Shown: positions 38,531-52,139, counted from the whole stretch's first letter. The stretch: DNA of 63,957 nt, filler included, from Octopus bimaculoides (GCF_001194135.2; 7 parts of 7 records of this genome joined end to end with filler, not necessarily neighbours in it); one strand, 5' to 3'. The notes: generated from the letters alone by a model not told the origin. A program made the numbers and translations.

Positions 38531-38959
38531 TCTATGTAAACAATGTAATTGAAAATAGAAAAAAATAGGTCCTGGGTTTATATGCATATATCAGGAGTTA
38601 CGTGCGGTTGTGCAAATGTTTACATCTTGTATGCTTCCCGTGTAAAAAGAAATGTGTTAAGCTGTGAACTTTAAAGTTTGTTGTTATTTGCCTGTCAATG
38701 AATGGTCCGCTGGCTTTGTGCTTCTAGAATAAGAGATGCCGTATTTGAAAAGCAACTAAGAATTAGCAGCAGGAAGGACATTCTGGATTATAAAACAGAA
38801 CCTCGGTATATATTGTTCATCTAACGTCTTTGCTGGCACGGAAAAATGGACGCTAAACAAATGAACAAACAAATATATATAATGGCATACTAGTAAGTAC
38901 CCTGTCTCTAATGTGGAGGATAAGGGTTCAGTTCCTTGCCTGGGAAACTCGTTAGTTGC

Positions 38960-39130
38960 AAGCAAGGCTGTGTGGTTATGAAGCTTGCTTCCCAACTGCA
39001 AGGCCTCTGGTTCACTTCCACTGTACGGCACCTTAGCTTAGACAATTGTCTTCTGTTATAGCTTAGAAAACCGTAAGGATTTGTGATTGAATTTGGTAGA
39101 CAGAAACTTCAGGAAGTTCATCACTGGCGT
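38960..39130 (+). mobile_element. SINE family B 5' half, diverged
   Basis: gctgtgtggttatgaagcttgcttcccaac...ggcacctt...gaatttggtagacagaaact. Confidence 0.7.
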
Positions 39131-39279
39131 GTGTGTGTGTGTGTGTGTGTGTGTCCTTGTTTTAAGATTGCGTGATAGATGTAAACGATAGTCACTGTCA
39201 TACAAGCTCTGCTATACAAGCATTCGTTTCCAATCTTCTATGAAAATCTGTCCAGCCTTGGGGAAATAATACCTTTGCT

Positions 39280-39420
39280 TGGAAACAGGTGAAGGTTGGC
39301 AACAGGAAGGGCATCTGACCATAGAAAACCTTCCTCAATGAATTCATTCTACTTGACCCATTCAAGCATGAAAGAGTGGGCATTAAAATTATGAAAACAA
39401 CGACAATGATGGTGACATCT
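39280..39420 (+). mobile_element. RTE-type 3' tail variant
   Basis: ggttggcaacaggaagggcatc...gacccattcaagcatgaaagagtgggcattaaa followed by gat-like repeats. Confidence 0.55.
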
Positions 39421-39599
39421 AACACAAGGTACCAGTACATCACAAGATCAGGTGATGTATGTCATTATACATCACTGGTCACAATGTACTTTACATTGTT
39501 TTAGCTTTCGTTTGATGCCACCCTTATAGCTAGGCAAGCAGACCAACATTCCAGCCTCAGCAGATGGCTGTTCCATCAGGGGGTGGTCACCCATTTACA

Positions 39600-39740
39600 A
39601 TTGAGTGGACTGCAGCTATGTGAAATGAAGTGTTTTGCTCAAGAACACAATAAGCTGCCCAGTCCAGGGATTGAACCCATGAACCCACAATCTAGAGATC
39701 ATGAGTGCAATGCCCAAACCACTATACCGCATGTCTTCAC
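39600..39740 (-). mobile_element. CORE-type SINE family D
   Basis: gtggactgcagctatgtgaaatgaagtgttttgctcaagaacaca...gggattgaaccc is the reverse of the 28065 copy. Confidence 0.7.
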
Positions 39741-39948
39741 AAGAACCAGATAGATAGATGGATGGATGGACAGACGGGCAGGCGGGTGGGCAGAAGGATA
39801 GGTAGACAGACAGACAGATATAGAAAGATAGATAGACAGCTAGAGGTATATGTGTGTGTGTATATATAGATATATATATGTGTGTGTGTGTATATATATA
39901 TATATAGATATGTGTGTCTGTGTATATATGTATATATGTATGTGTATA

Positions 39949-40018
<70 letters not shown>

Positions 40019-40760
40019 GATATATATATGTGTATATATATATATGTGTGTGTGTGTGTATATACATACATACACACAAGCATAACTAAAAGACCATATG
40101 CACCACATGTTGATCACTAATAACATTGAAGTGTAATACATCTTACCTGTAGATAATACTGCAAAATGCATTGAATGTTGCAGACGTTATGACATTTCTC
40201 AAGAACAAACAATGCTGTATGTTTGTAGGTAGAGAGTAAAAGAGCAAAGGAAGAAAAATTCATGGAATGTTGACTAAAATACGAAATATTCTTTGTGTAG
40301 CTTTCTAAACCTTAACCAAAGTTCTGCATTTCTATCTGTGTTAATTAAAAGGAAACTTTTTCTAGAGCAGGCTGAATTCTTTCATGAAGTCACAACAAAT
40401 GTTTCTGTGTAGCACATCGTTTTTCCCCTGATTTCTTTCCACAATGTTCATTAAATTCTTCACAATAACTGCTTTTACGTTTTAGTTATGATATCAGTTT
40501 TAAGACGTTGGGACTAGATAGAGCGCAGAGAGGATAGAATGAATGTGCTAGAAACTTCATTTCATTGCCACAGAAGACTGTACTAAAGTTTATGTATGCA
40601 AGTGGGTGTATATATATATGTAATGATCGTTCTTTTTCTGTTGCAAGGTTTTATATGCCCTAATATTTGACTGTTTTCTGTAGTCCATTTACTATGAATG
40701 CTTGTAATTCTATTTACAAAATATATATAACACCAGGTTATTAGCATATCACAATGCCTA

Positions 40761-40811
<51 letters not shown>

Positions 40812-41745
40812 NNNNNNNNNNNNNNNNNNNNNNNNNNNNNNNNNNNNNNNNNNNNTTAATTAATTAANNNNNNNNNNNNNNNNNNNNNNNNNNNNNNNNN
40901 NNNNNNNNNNNTATATATACATATGTGTCTGCATTTATACTGGCGCATACACACACAAATTCATGTATACACAGACATAAACACAGAAATATAATTGAAA
41001 AGATTGGAGTGAACAAGAAGGAGTAAGGTTGGACATTTACTTTTCAATCACTACGGTTGTTTCTACGCAACATAGTCCCTGCATTATGTGATCTAGTTGT
41101 GTTTCTTCAGACGAGACGTAAATATTTTTCCCGTAAATTCAATATGCTCAGCCTCAAGAACATCACTCTGTCTGTCGTGGCCTGAATTTAGTAGTAGTCA
41201 CTGAGCTTATCAGGGTGTGCGATAACTGAAGGACCGTTGGCAAACTGCTTTGAACGTATAGATGTAGTGGAATGGTGATTCTGCTACTGTTAGAGTGGTT
41301 GCCATTCTAAAAGGATTGGCATTTAATTACTTTGTACTGTTGATTTCTTCTTCATGGTTGGTTACATATGCAATTGACCTTAGCTGACCTTTAAGATTCG
41401 ACCTGTACGTACAGATAACAGAGGGTAAATCTGAAGGTGGACGAGCTTTATACAGTATTCTACTACGTTCTTAACAGAATATAGCATAACTGTCTCGGGC
41501 CGGCCAAAACCTTGTGAGTGGACTTGTTACACNNNNNNNNNNNNNNNNNNNNNNNNNNNNNNNNNNNNNNNNNNNNNNNNNNNNNNNNNNNNNNNNNNNN
41601 NNNNNNNNNNNNNNNNNNNNNNNNNNNNNNNNNNNNNNNNNNNNNNNNNNNNNNNNNNNNNNNNNNNNNNNNNNNNNNNNNNNNNNNNNNNNNNNATATA
41701 TATTGATTTAATTCTAGATAGGTTCAGAGGTCCTATAATTTGTAG

Positions 41746-41883
41746 GAGAGAAAATTGGATTTGCAAATATTATGCGACTGCCGAAGGAATTAACACTATG
41801 CGTCAAGGGAAATATATTAAAATGGTGGCTGAACTGTAGACCGAATGTCGGCGTTACATTCATAGCAATCATCACCATTTCCG
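41746..41883 (+). CDS. candidate internal coding exon: xEKIGFANIMRLPKELTLCVKGNILKWWLNCRPNVGVTFIAIITISx
   Basis: Acceptor cctataatttgtAG, donor CCG|GTATGT, 138 nt open, symmetric phase 1-1, unique sequence. Product not recognised. Confidence 0.6.
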
Positions 41884-43570
41884 GTATGTAGTCTTAGTAA
41901 TTATTTGTTCATTTTGGGAAGAATCAAAGCTGTATGATCTTTGACATTTACTGAATATCAGGTTAATGTTAGCAGGAGATCGAAGTCATAGCACCTAAGC
42001 AAATGTCTAAAAATTTCAGAAAATAACATAATAGATTCTTAAACGAAACTTGTTAGGAAACGCTTAGCTCTTAAGATGTCAGGAATGCAATTTCTGTAGA
42101 GAGGTCATTTTGTCCTTCAGGTAATAAGTACGCCATTCGGAAGATGGCAAACAGCCGAATAATTCTTATGTGGTCCGATGTATAACTACAAAGATAAGCT
42201 CTTAAAATAGAATCGATCGTTATTTATTGCTTTGTTTTAAGTCACATGATACTTGTAAGTGTGTTTCACTGCAGAAGATTTATTACAATTTCCTTGCATC
42301 AGGGATAAAAAGGAGACATTATGACAGCAACAGATTTTATTATTTTTTATTTTATGTTCGAAATGACGTTTCTAAATTTTGACTATCGTTTAAAAGGATT
42401 ATGATTATATTACCTTCAAAAAGAGAGATGAATTTTGCAGAAGTAATTCCGAATGAAAGAAACTATATGATACGAAGATAATTGTTTGTAGATTCAAAGG
42501 TTTATCTGTTTGTATATTCCGTTGCAGACAATGTTTGTAGACACAAAGACAGTGAGATAACAGAGGTAATGGCGGAGAAGCGGAATAAATGCTTCAGTTT
42601 GCTTTGTATTATTTAGTGAAAACTTGGAATAAGTTGCGATTTTTAAATACATACGTGTATACACATGCTCACATACATAAAAAGATACCTATGCACAAAC
42701 ATACATACATGCCTACATCTATACATAAATACACATACATATGTATGTATGTATATATATNNNNNNNNNNNNNNNNNNNNNNNNNNNNNNNNNNNNNNNN
42801 NNNNNNNNNNNNNNNNNNNNNNNNNNNNNNNNNNNNNNNNNNNNNNNNNNNNNNNNNNNNNNNNNNNNNNNNNNNNNNNNNNNNNNNNNNNNNNNNNNNN
42901 NNNNNNNNNNNNNNNNNNNNNNNNNNNNNNNNNNNNNNNNNNNNNNNNNNNNNNNNNNNNNNNNNNNNNNNNNNNNNNNNNNNNNNNNNNNNNNNNNNNN
43001 NNNNNNNNNNNNNNNNNNNNNNNNNNNNNNNNNNNNNNNNNNNNNNNNNNNNNNNNNNNNNNNNNNNNNNNNNNNNNNNNNNNNNNNNNNNNNNNNNNNN
43101 NNNNNNNNNNNNNNNNNNNNNNNNNNNNNNNNNNNNNNNNNNNNNNNNNNNNNNNNNNNNNNNNNNNNNNNNNNNNNNNNNNNNNNNNNNNNNNNNNNNN
43201 NNNNNNNNNNNNNNNNNNNNNNNNNNNNNNNNNNNNNNNNNNNNNNNNNNNNNNNNNNNNNNNNNNNNNNNNNNNNNNNNNNNNNNNNNNNNNNNNNNNN
43301 NNNNNNNNNNNNNNNNNNNNNNNNNNNNNNNNNNNNNNNNNNNNNNNNNNNNNNNNNNNNNNNNNNNNNNNNNNNNNNNNNNNNNNNNNNNNNNNNNNNN
43401 NNNNNNNNNNNNNNNNNNNNNNNNNNNNNNNNNNNNNNNNNNNNNNNNNNNNNNNNNNNNNNNNNNNNNNNNNNNNNNNNNNNNNNNNNNNNNNNNNNNN
43501 NNNNNNNNNNNNNNNNNNNNNNNNNNNNNNNNNNNNNNNNNNNNNNNNNNNCTATATTTATCTGTTTACA

Positions 43571-43602
<32 letters not shown>

Positions 43603-43619
43603 ATATATATTTATATGAT

Positions 43620-45015
43620 AAACTTGAACGTTTTATAGATTTTTACAGTTCCACAGATGGATTGGATCTGTAGTCTTCGAATTAGCTTTCTCCTTTCTGG
43701 TTTTGAGAAACCTAATTTCTCAAGATTGGTATTTAGACAGTGTGTTACATATCCCAGGCCCCTAATAATTACAGGTATAAATCTGAAGTTGTAATCTGGA
43801 TAGAGTAACTGCAGATTTCTCAATAGTTCAGCATAGGTGTTCTCTTTTTCACTGATCTTCAGCTGGGCGGCTTATTTCCACAGCTGTGCACAATTTCTAT
43901 TCTCTATCCCAAATCATTATATCAGGTCTGTTGTGCCTATATTCTATTGAAGTCTTCACTGGTACATTCCACCAGTTTCCTTTTTATTATGAGTGGCTAT
44001 GGCTTCTACCATATTGTGGATTCTTATTTCTTTGTCCTCGGGATTATCCTTCCAACTGATTTTATTATAGAGTGTGCTAGCTACAACGTGATGTTTGATT
44101 GGTAGATAATATCGTGATGACATTTTTGAACAACAGCTTATGATTTGGATATCTTCAGTGTGAACTCCACAAAGTCTGCATCGGTTGTCACATTTTACGG
44201 CTTTTCCTGCATCTCTATTCCTTTTGTGCATCAGTTACTTGGTCGATATTTCCTGCTCCTGGATTGCAAAGAAATACCCTTCAAAGTGGGAGATAGTAAT
44301 CCTGTTATTGATCCATGACAAACTGCTTTGATGATCGATGTTACTATCATCACGGTGTTTTCTACTAATATATTCATGCATAGTCTTCTACCCATCTGGG
44401 CTAATCCTTTCATCGGATGATACGTGACGGTAGAGTAGTGCCACTTCCTTGGGCATGTATCAGAGAAAGAATGTTGCTCAAGGAGTTGCCTTCCAAATCT
44501 TATGATTTTATCAGCGTCATGTCTGCAAACTTGGTCAAGGGAAGGACTTCGGCACTTGGTGGTTAAAAGATGTTGCCGAAGGGATATGATGCGATATTCA
44601 AAGTAATTTAAAATGGATGTTTAGCCTCTACCGTTTCGTTTTAGGTAGGTAGGGGTAGTCTACGTCACTGTTGATGTGGAAATTATGTGTGCTTGTTAGT
44701 ATTTTACGGGTTTTCACATCAATGACTCGGATCTCATCAAGCGTCCAATCAAGCAGCGCAAATGTTGCTATGACTACTGGTACTGCAAACATTGTGGGCC
44801 ACTGTTTTATTGAATGCATAGAGTTCTGAGTTCCAAATTTTCTTTATTCAGCTGTAATATTCTTTAGTGGCACGTGTTTTGTTACAGGAGCCATTGTAAG
44901 ATATATTTCCATCCACCCCTAGTTGTCTGTAACATTCCTCGTCAGATACAGAAGAGACAGTCAAATCATTGTTGTTAGTCTGGTTTATAATTTTCCCCTT
45001 TTTCACAACCATGTA
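43620..45015 (-). mobile_element. RLE LINE (R4/Dong-like) copy 2, same family as 4670-5960
   Basis: CRLCGVHTEDIQIISCCSKMSSRYYLPIKHHVVA (CCHC region), RPD-type RLE downstream; long nucleotide match to copy 1. Confidence 0.85.
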
Positions 45016-45135
45016 ACAACATTATATATATGTATGTATATATGTACGTATGTATTTATGTATGTATGTATGTATGTATGCATGTATGTATGCATGCATA
45101 TATGTATTATGTATGTATAAATGTGTGTTTGTATG

Positions 45136-45166
<31 letters not shown>

Positions 45167-46158
45167 NNNNNNNNNNNNNNNNNNNNNNNNNNNNNNNNNN
45201 NNNNNNNNNNNNNNNNNNNNNNNNNNNNNNNNNNNNNNNNNNNNNNNNNNNNNNNNNNNNNNNNNNNNNNNNNNNNNNNNNNNNNNNNNNNNNNNNNNNN
45301 NNNNNNNNNNNNNNNNNNNNNNNNNNNNNNNNNNNNNNNNNNNNNNNNNNNNNNNNNNNNNNNNNNNNNNNNNNNNNNNNNNNNNNNNNNNNNNNNNNNN
45401 NNNNNNNNNNNNNNNNNNNNNNNNNNNNNNNNNNNNNNNNNNNNNNNNNNNNNNNNNNNNNNNNNNNNNNNNNNNNNNNNNNNNNNNNNNNNNNNNNNNN
45501 NNNNNNNNNNNNNNNNNNNNNNNNNNNNNNNNNNNNNNNNNNNNNNNNNNNNNNNNNNNNNNNNNNNNNNNNNNNNNNNNNNNNNNNNNNNNNNNNNNNN
45601 NNNNNNNNNNNNNNNNNNNNNNNNNNNNNNNNNNNNNNNNNNNNNNNNNNNNNNNNNNNNNNNNNNNNNNNNNNNNNNNNNNNNNNNNNNNNNNNNNNNN
45701 NNNNNNNNNNNNNNNNNNNNNNNNNNNNNNNNNNNNNNNNNNNNNNNNNNNNNNNNNNNNNNNNNNNNNNNNNNNNNNNNNNNNNNNNNNNNNNNNNNNN
45801 NNNNNNNNNNNNNNNNNNNNNNNNNNNNNNNNNNNNNNNNNNNNNNNNNNNNNNNNNNNNNNNNNNNNNNNNNNNNNNNNNNNNNNNNNNNNNNNNNNNN
45901 NNNNNNNNNNNNNNNNNNNNNNNNNNNNNNNNNNNNNNNNNNNNNNNNNNNNNNNNNNNNNNNNNTATATATATATATATATGTGTGTGTATGTGTGTGT
46001 GGTGGGTATGTGAAAAATAGTATGATTGTGAGTGAGCGTGTGAGGTAAATGCTAAGCTTAGTTGTGGAGAAAGATCAATAATTTACAAACAATGGTGTGA
46101 TATAAGGCAAAGTAGAGTGAATTAAGTAGATCGTTTCAACTAAAATAAATTTTATCAG

Positions 46159-46244
46159 TTGCTTCATCTGGTCTGGGTAAATGTTCAACAGAACTCGTGG
46201 TAGAGGGGATGTTTTCAAGCTATTTTTATTGTCTTGTAATCTGG
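46159..46244 (+). CDS. candidate coding exon: xASSGLGKCSTELVVEGMFSSYFYCLVIW
   Basis: Acceptor aattttatcAG, strong donor TGG|GTAAGT; only one of three frames is open (phase 1 to 0). Confidence 0.45.
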
Positions 46245-47389
46245 GTAAGTAGGTGAAAGTGTATTGAATGCGTCGAACATAAAATGCAAATGTATAGTCA
46301 AATATGTGGCGAGCAAAAAAAAAAAAAAAAGACAAAATTTAGCTGTTGAGTAACAGAATATTATTTCTCATTTGTTAGAAAATATATAAGAAACAACTTC
46401 AGTTATATTGCGAACATATTGAATGAAAGTGTATTCTTTCCGTTCTTTGCTGATGTGCAAGCAACAGAATATTTCATTAAATAAATATTAATGTGAAATA
46501 GCTTTCGTTGAAAAGATGAATTCTATACAGATTAGTTAATCTGATACGGTGCTACAACGATGAATGATAGTTAAATGGATCAAAGCATTCTGTTAAGGAT
46601 GAAGAACTCAAAAGAGCTAGATCTGGTGCCGATTTACGAATAAAATATTACGTTATTCACGTAACATCGGGGTAAATGATTTAATCTTTTTATCTCATGA
46701 TAATTAATATTAATTCTCCAACCAAATTCGCAGTAAACCATTAAAATAAAACTATAAATTTTATTCAGAAGCAAAATATGAAAACATATTCAAAACTTTT
46801 TAATCACATTTCAAATGTTTGGGAAACTGGTAATATAAAACTGTAATTATGGTCAATTTGGTGAAATCTAATAGATATTAACGTTAAAATTCTTAAAGAG
46901 TTTTAAAGATATAATCCAAATTTGAACCCCTATAGACCACGATGGTTTATTATTGTAAAGGCATATGAACATTTTATTACAATTCCACGCTTTGCTACCC
47001 GTTTTAAGATGTCTGATACAATAGAGTGGAATCCATAATTTCTGATAATAATTCAAAACCGTCTCGTCATTATTGACTTAAAGCACATGAGTTCACTTAG
47101 CCCTGTTAGAAAATATCCCCTTAAATATTTCGAGCTACACGAGAGATTTATTTCAATAATAAGATAGTTTCTACATAGTTACTTAACCCGCTGAATGTAA
47201 CAACCAAATCTCGTGCAAAATTATGCAGGCCCCTCTCTATCTTAAAGAAGGAGAACGACACAAGTGATAATATAATCTTAGAGTGAAAGAAACTTGGAAT
47301 TCATTACATCTGGAAAGGTGTTTCAGCAAAAAAATTCTGAAACAGAGCTGACCTGAGAGCTTTACTGAGCGTTGAAGGCATAAACGGAG

Positions 47390-48130
47390 TTATAGAAGTC
47401 TTGCCGGCAAGACAATCTTATGTAGATCTGGCAGGGTTATGTGCATCATAACTTCCAGACCATAATCCCACCAGTTGATTTCTCTCGACTTTTCTGCTTT
47501 TAAAATCTCCACTTCGTCCTCGCAGTTGTAGAGGATGGCTGCCACCAGCCATGCCTCCTCTATCTCCGGGGGCACTCTCCCTATCCTCTCAATAGGTGCC
47601 CACCTTGCTGTTCTCAAAGGCACAGTGGAGTACCTTTTTGCTTCCTTATCGCTCACGAAGCGCACCTCCACTGTGCTGTACTTCCTTCCTTTGCATAAAA
47701 TGTGATCACTTCCTTGACCTCTTGTAGACACTCTTCTATTGCTTCTATTTCAGCCACTTCGACTCTCTTGGTCTCCACGTTTGGCGTTCTATACACAATT
47801 TCCTTCCTTTCGGCCCGTTGTACTGCGTCACTTGGCGGAGTCAACTGAAGGCAATCTCCCTCCCTCTTCAACAGCTCATTGAATTTTTAAATAAGAATTA
47901 TTTCCATCTATTTGTCATTCTTTCAATTGCAGGATGTCGGCTGACAGGCTTTTGCCTGATGTCGCAGCGTAGCTTCCCGCTTCCATCCCCAACAATGGAT
48001 AAAAAAATAAATTTAACACAATTCAACAATAAATAATTTCAACAAATTTCAACAATACAACAGTCTCAAAAATCCAACTCACCGCTCGTTATACAACGCT
48101 CTCTCTCAACCAAATCACCAGCTCAACTTC
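47390..48130 (-). mobile_element. Tx1/L1-like LINE 5' region (ORF1 remnant plus 5' UTR)
   Basis: STVEVRFVSDKEAKRYSTVPLR...IERIGRVPPEIEEAWLVAAIL resembles Tx1 ORF1 (RI..VPP.I....L). Frameshifted upstream piece 47653-47871; GC-richer than the flanks. Confidence 0.55.
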
Positions 48131-48224
48131 AAAATCTACGTGACGCTTCTACGACTAGCTATCACGTCCATTATCTATACGTATTAGACTAGCCTACTTA
48201 ATGTCTAGGGGCGTCCACACAACA

Positions 48225-48396
48225 GAATTAATGTAAACATACCTTGCATTCAATATTTCGGGGTTATGACCCCATCCTCAGGAAATTAACGAATATTGCA
48301 GATGTGCACACACGCACATCTGCAACATTCGGTAATTTCCTGAGGATAAGGTTATAACCCCAAAATATTGAGTGCAAGGTAAGTCTACATTAATTC
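48225..48396. repeat. 172-bp near-perfect palindrome (hairpin MITE-like)
   Basis: 83-bp arms gaattaatgtaaacataccttgcattcaatatttcggggtt...gcagatgtgc / gcacatctgc...caaaatattgagtgcaaggtaagtctacattaattc around a 6-nt acacac loop (48308-48313). Confidence 0.9.
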
Positions 48397-48687
48397 ATAT
48401 ATTTGTTTTCTGGCGATTTGCTTTGTATTTACTTCGCATTGTTGTGGTCTTACCCACGATTCTTTATACAATATGTATATATATANNNNNNNNNNNNNNN
48501 NNNNNNNNNNNNNNNNNNNNNNNNNNNNNNNNNNNNNNNNNNNNNNNNNNNNNNNNNNNNNNNNNNNNNNNNNNNNNNNNNNNNNNNNNNNNNNNNNNNN
48601 NNNNNNNNNNNNNNNNNNNNNNNNNNNNNNNNNNNNNNNNNNNNNNNNNNNNNNNNNNNNNNNNNNNNNNNNNNNNNNNNNNNNNNN

Positions 48688-48729
<42 letters not shown>

Positions 48730-48938
48730 ATGCATATAAATATATATGTGTGTGTGTCTATGTGTGTGCGTGTGCGGGTGCGTGTCTGAATACCAGTATA
48801 AAAGATATATTCGCAATTAAAATAATTGGATAGAAGCAGACGACTTCGTTATATCAGTCTATGTATTTATCTATTGATATATACAAATTTGTTTTGTGAG
48901 TATATATACATCCCCACCACGTTCTCTCTCTTTCTTTC

Positions 48939-48984
<46 letters not shown>

Positions 48985-49838
48985 ACTACAACTCATAAGG
49001 GTTAGGACGCCATCGACATTGGTACTAACTAAAAGACATTAACGAGTTTCTTCTAATTATTCTAGATTTAAGAGAGAAAATGAAAAATATCTAGCGTGCT
49101 GGATTCGGCACGAGTCTCTTGTAAATATACTTGCTTCTAACGGATTACCCAGACAAAATTTCAGCTTCACTATGTTTGTTTTTATTGCTGGTAGAGGATT
49201 TCTAGACTAATGAGCATTTGGTAACGACGAAAAGAGTTAAAATATTTATGAGAACATTTTAAAATTTGAAACGTCTATAAAATCAAAGGTGACAATCATT
49301 ATTCTCATCAATTTGAAATTGATTCTTCTTTTCCTTCTGAAGTTATCTATGGTGATCGAATGATTATAAAGTAATATGATACTATAAAAATCCAAAATTG
49401 TCAATTAAATGCATTAGCTGCGGACATAATATAAATTTGAATATAACTTCGGTCGATGCATTATGTTAAGTCCTCTAACTTAATAAAAATTATTCAAGAG
49501 TAAAGTATATATCGATCGGTAGTATTCACTTTATATAGGTTTATACGAATGAAATTATATATAAAGTGATTTAAATTTCGCTTTCTCGTGAGTCTCACGC
49601 GTGTTACTGGAAGCATATCTAAGATGTAACTTCTGTTATTAAAGCTTAGTATCAAGATATTGCATTGGAATATTTCTTCAGTGTCCATAAACGCTCCATA
49701 ACCAATATGGAAATAATCTTTATATTCTGATTGCTTATATGTATCAGCGTGTGTATTTACGTGTACAAATCTAATTGTGCCTAATTACGAGTATTGAAAG
49801 TTGTGTGTAAGTATGTACGCATGTATGTTTGCGCTTGC

Positions 49839-49879
<41 letters not shown>

Positions 49880-49881
<2 letters not shown>

Positions 49882-49990
49882 CGTGTCAGTGTCTCATGGT
49901 TCCAGGTTCGTTCTCAGTCTTCTACTATAGCTTCGGGCCGACCTTAGCCTTGTGAGTGGAATTGGAAGTCGGAAACTGAAAGAAGCCCGT
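49880..49990 (+). mobile_element. SINE family B fragment
   Basis: catggttccaggttc..tcttctactatagcttcgggccgacc..gaaactgaaagaagcccgtc. Confidence 0.8.
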
Positions 49991-50009
49991 CCATAGTACA
50001 TAATACATA

Positions 50010-51210
50010 GCTTAGTTAAATTTTTCCGAAACATGGGCCTAAGCATTGTTTTTGAAGATGATGTAACGAAAGCCAACTTTTAGGATATTACCCTTAACTT
50101 GCATAATGATTCGTACTTCCCATACCATAAACCCTCAACTAATTTAAAATATATTAGCTATTTCAGTAACCATTTTAAGAATATAGTTAGGAACATTTCA
50201 CTTAGACTTTCTAGATTATCTGCTAATGTTGACACCTTCAACGATAAAACTGAATTTTATAACTCTGCTTTACTTAGAGCAGGCTATAAAGAAAAAATTA
50301 CCTATATTAACCCTATTGACATTAATTCTACCTCTATTAATCAGGACATGAAACCAAGTTGTAACGATATTAACAATTTTAATTTTATTTTGAATAACAA
50401 CACCAAATCGAGTAATGCATTTCTGCAGCATAAGGGAGAGAACCGTTATTTAAGACCCTTTTTTCATTATAAAAGTACATCGATAACTTTTAAGGGTAAT
50501 TACCCTAATAACAAGGTGTGTCCAAACAAAACTGTTATGGCTAACAGATCAAATCTAATCTCCCTTTCCGATTTCGTGAAGCTATAGAAAATAATTTTCC
50601 GAGAAATTCAAGATACTATTCGATTATTAACTCACGACGAATTAGGATAGGTTTTTCAAACACAAAAATATCTTTCACAAATCATCTCTTTGCATAATAA
50701 TAAGTTGTTAAATACAAATCCACTTACTGAAACTACAAACATTAATTTTGTTAATACTAACAATTCTTTAAATAATAGTAACAACGGGGTTATTGTTTCT
50801 GAATTCAACTCCAATCGCATTCGTTTCCTTAGCAGTAATTCTAAGACTAAAAACTCTATTTACTCTATGTAAAATTACTCTCAGTTCTGACGACTTTTTT
50901 CATATAGGTAGTTCTTCATCTCAGTTGTCCAAAGGAATATCTAATCATTACTCTACATATCAATAAACGTAACAATATAGGGCTTAGTAAATTAATCTGG
51001 TATATAAAAGATAATGATAAACATTATAATTTGTATTGGAACATTCTCTCTATTTCTTTACCGTATGATAAAGATAAACATTTTTGCTCGCCTTATTATA
51101 GCGAAATGTTTTATATTCTATTCTCAAAGAATCCCATTGTAAATATGTTTATAGAACGCGTTTATCGTTGCAAACATTGGCAGCAATATAGCTTTAGTTC
51201 CCATAAGTGA
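50010..51210 (+). mobile_element. Penelope-like element (Neptune-like), decayed RT thumb plus GIY-YIG endonuclease
   Basis: ANF*DITLNLHNDSYFPYHKPSTNLKYISYFSNH...YNSALLRAGY; FREAIENNFP..IRIGFSNTKN; HIGSSS..SNH..LSKLIWYIKD..LYWNIL..FCSPYYSEMFYIL..RCKH (GIY-YIG pattern). Confidence 0.88.
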
Positions 51211-51517
51211 TTTCTAACATTCTATAAAATTTGACCTTTGATTGTCTTCTTACGTTTCACTTTCACTAAATATATCTAATTCCACGTTTTTAAGCTTTAT
51301 TTTAATTCACTTATCGCTCTATATTTCTCCACTATTAGTTTTCTGCTAATTTCTTTCCTTCTCCCCCTTCTCTTTCTATATGCTATCTTTGAAGTTATAT
51401 CTACTACTATGTTCTGGTTGGAAAGATATAATGACCAGCATTCTTTCTGAATATCCTGAAGCAAGAGACGAGGGAAACCCCAACAAGATCGCGAAGAACT
51501 TCAAGTTTTTATTCTAG

Positions 51518-52139
51518 TAAGATGGAGCTGCATCTCACACAGTCATAATGGTTAAAAAATTTCGCAGAGATGTGTTTGTGAACACGTTTGAGAATAGGAA
51601 CACTTGGCGTCCTTCATCAACTGATTTGAACCCATTTCATTTCACCATCTGGAATGAACTGGTCAAAAAAGCTTGTGACAAGTTTCACAGTAACCTAGCA
51701 AGTCCTCAAAAACTCCATCTGTAGGCCGGGGGAAGAAAGACGTTGATGAGGAATTCATCAAGAGAGCTTTGTGGTAGAGTCAGAAAGAGGGTTGAGGAAG
51801 TCCCTGCTAAAAGAGGAGCAACTCCTGATACTTAGCAGGTAGGATTTCAACCATGATTGTCTATGGCACTTTGAAAACTTTGTTTCAGTCGTTTATGAGC
51901 TCTCAAGCCTGAGTTATGGCTAATTATTTATGAAAATACCATTTTCGCTCACGGTCAATCTCATCTCGATTCTTCTGGTAAGCTTGGAGAGTAATCAACA
52001 TTTGTTCTTGCTCAAAGTAGGGTTCAATAGTATTGGAGAAAACTCTGATAATTCCATTAAGTTTTCTTCAAGCACTGTTGAGATACAAATGTTTGAAGCC
52101 TAATCTAAAATTTGGACAATTTTGCTGATACACCCTGTA
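51518..52139 (+). mobile_element. Tc1/maT-like transposon 3' fragment with right TIR
   Basis: DGAASHT..TWRPSSTDLNPFHFTIWNELVKKACDKFH. The right end CACCCTG-TA (52131-52139) is Tc1-type. Confidence 0.82.

Noticed and set aside
40147-40214. Minus-strand segment with a good donor (CAG|GTAAGA) and acceptor
   Set aside because: Only 68 nt, two open frames, no recognisable motif, and opposite to the better + strand candidates.
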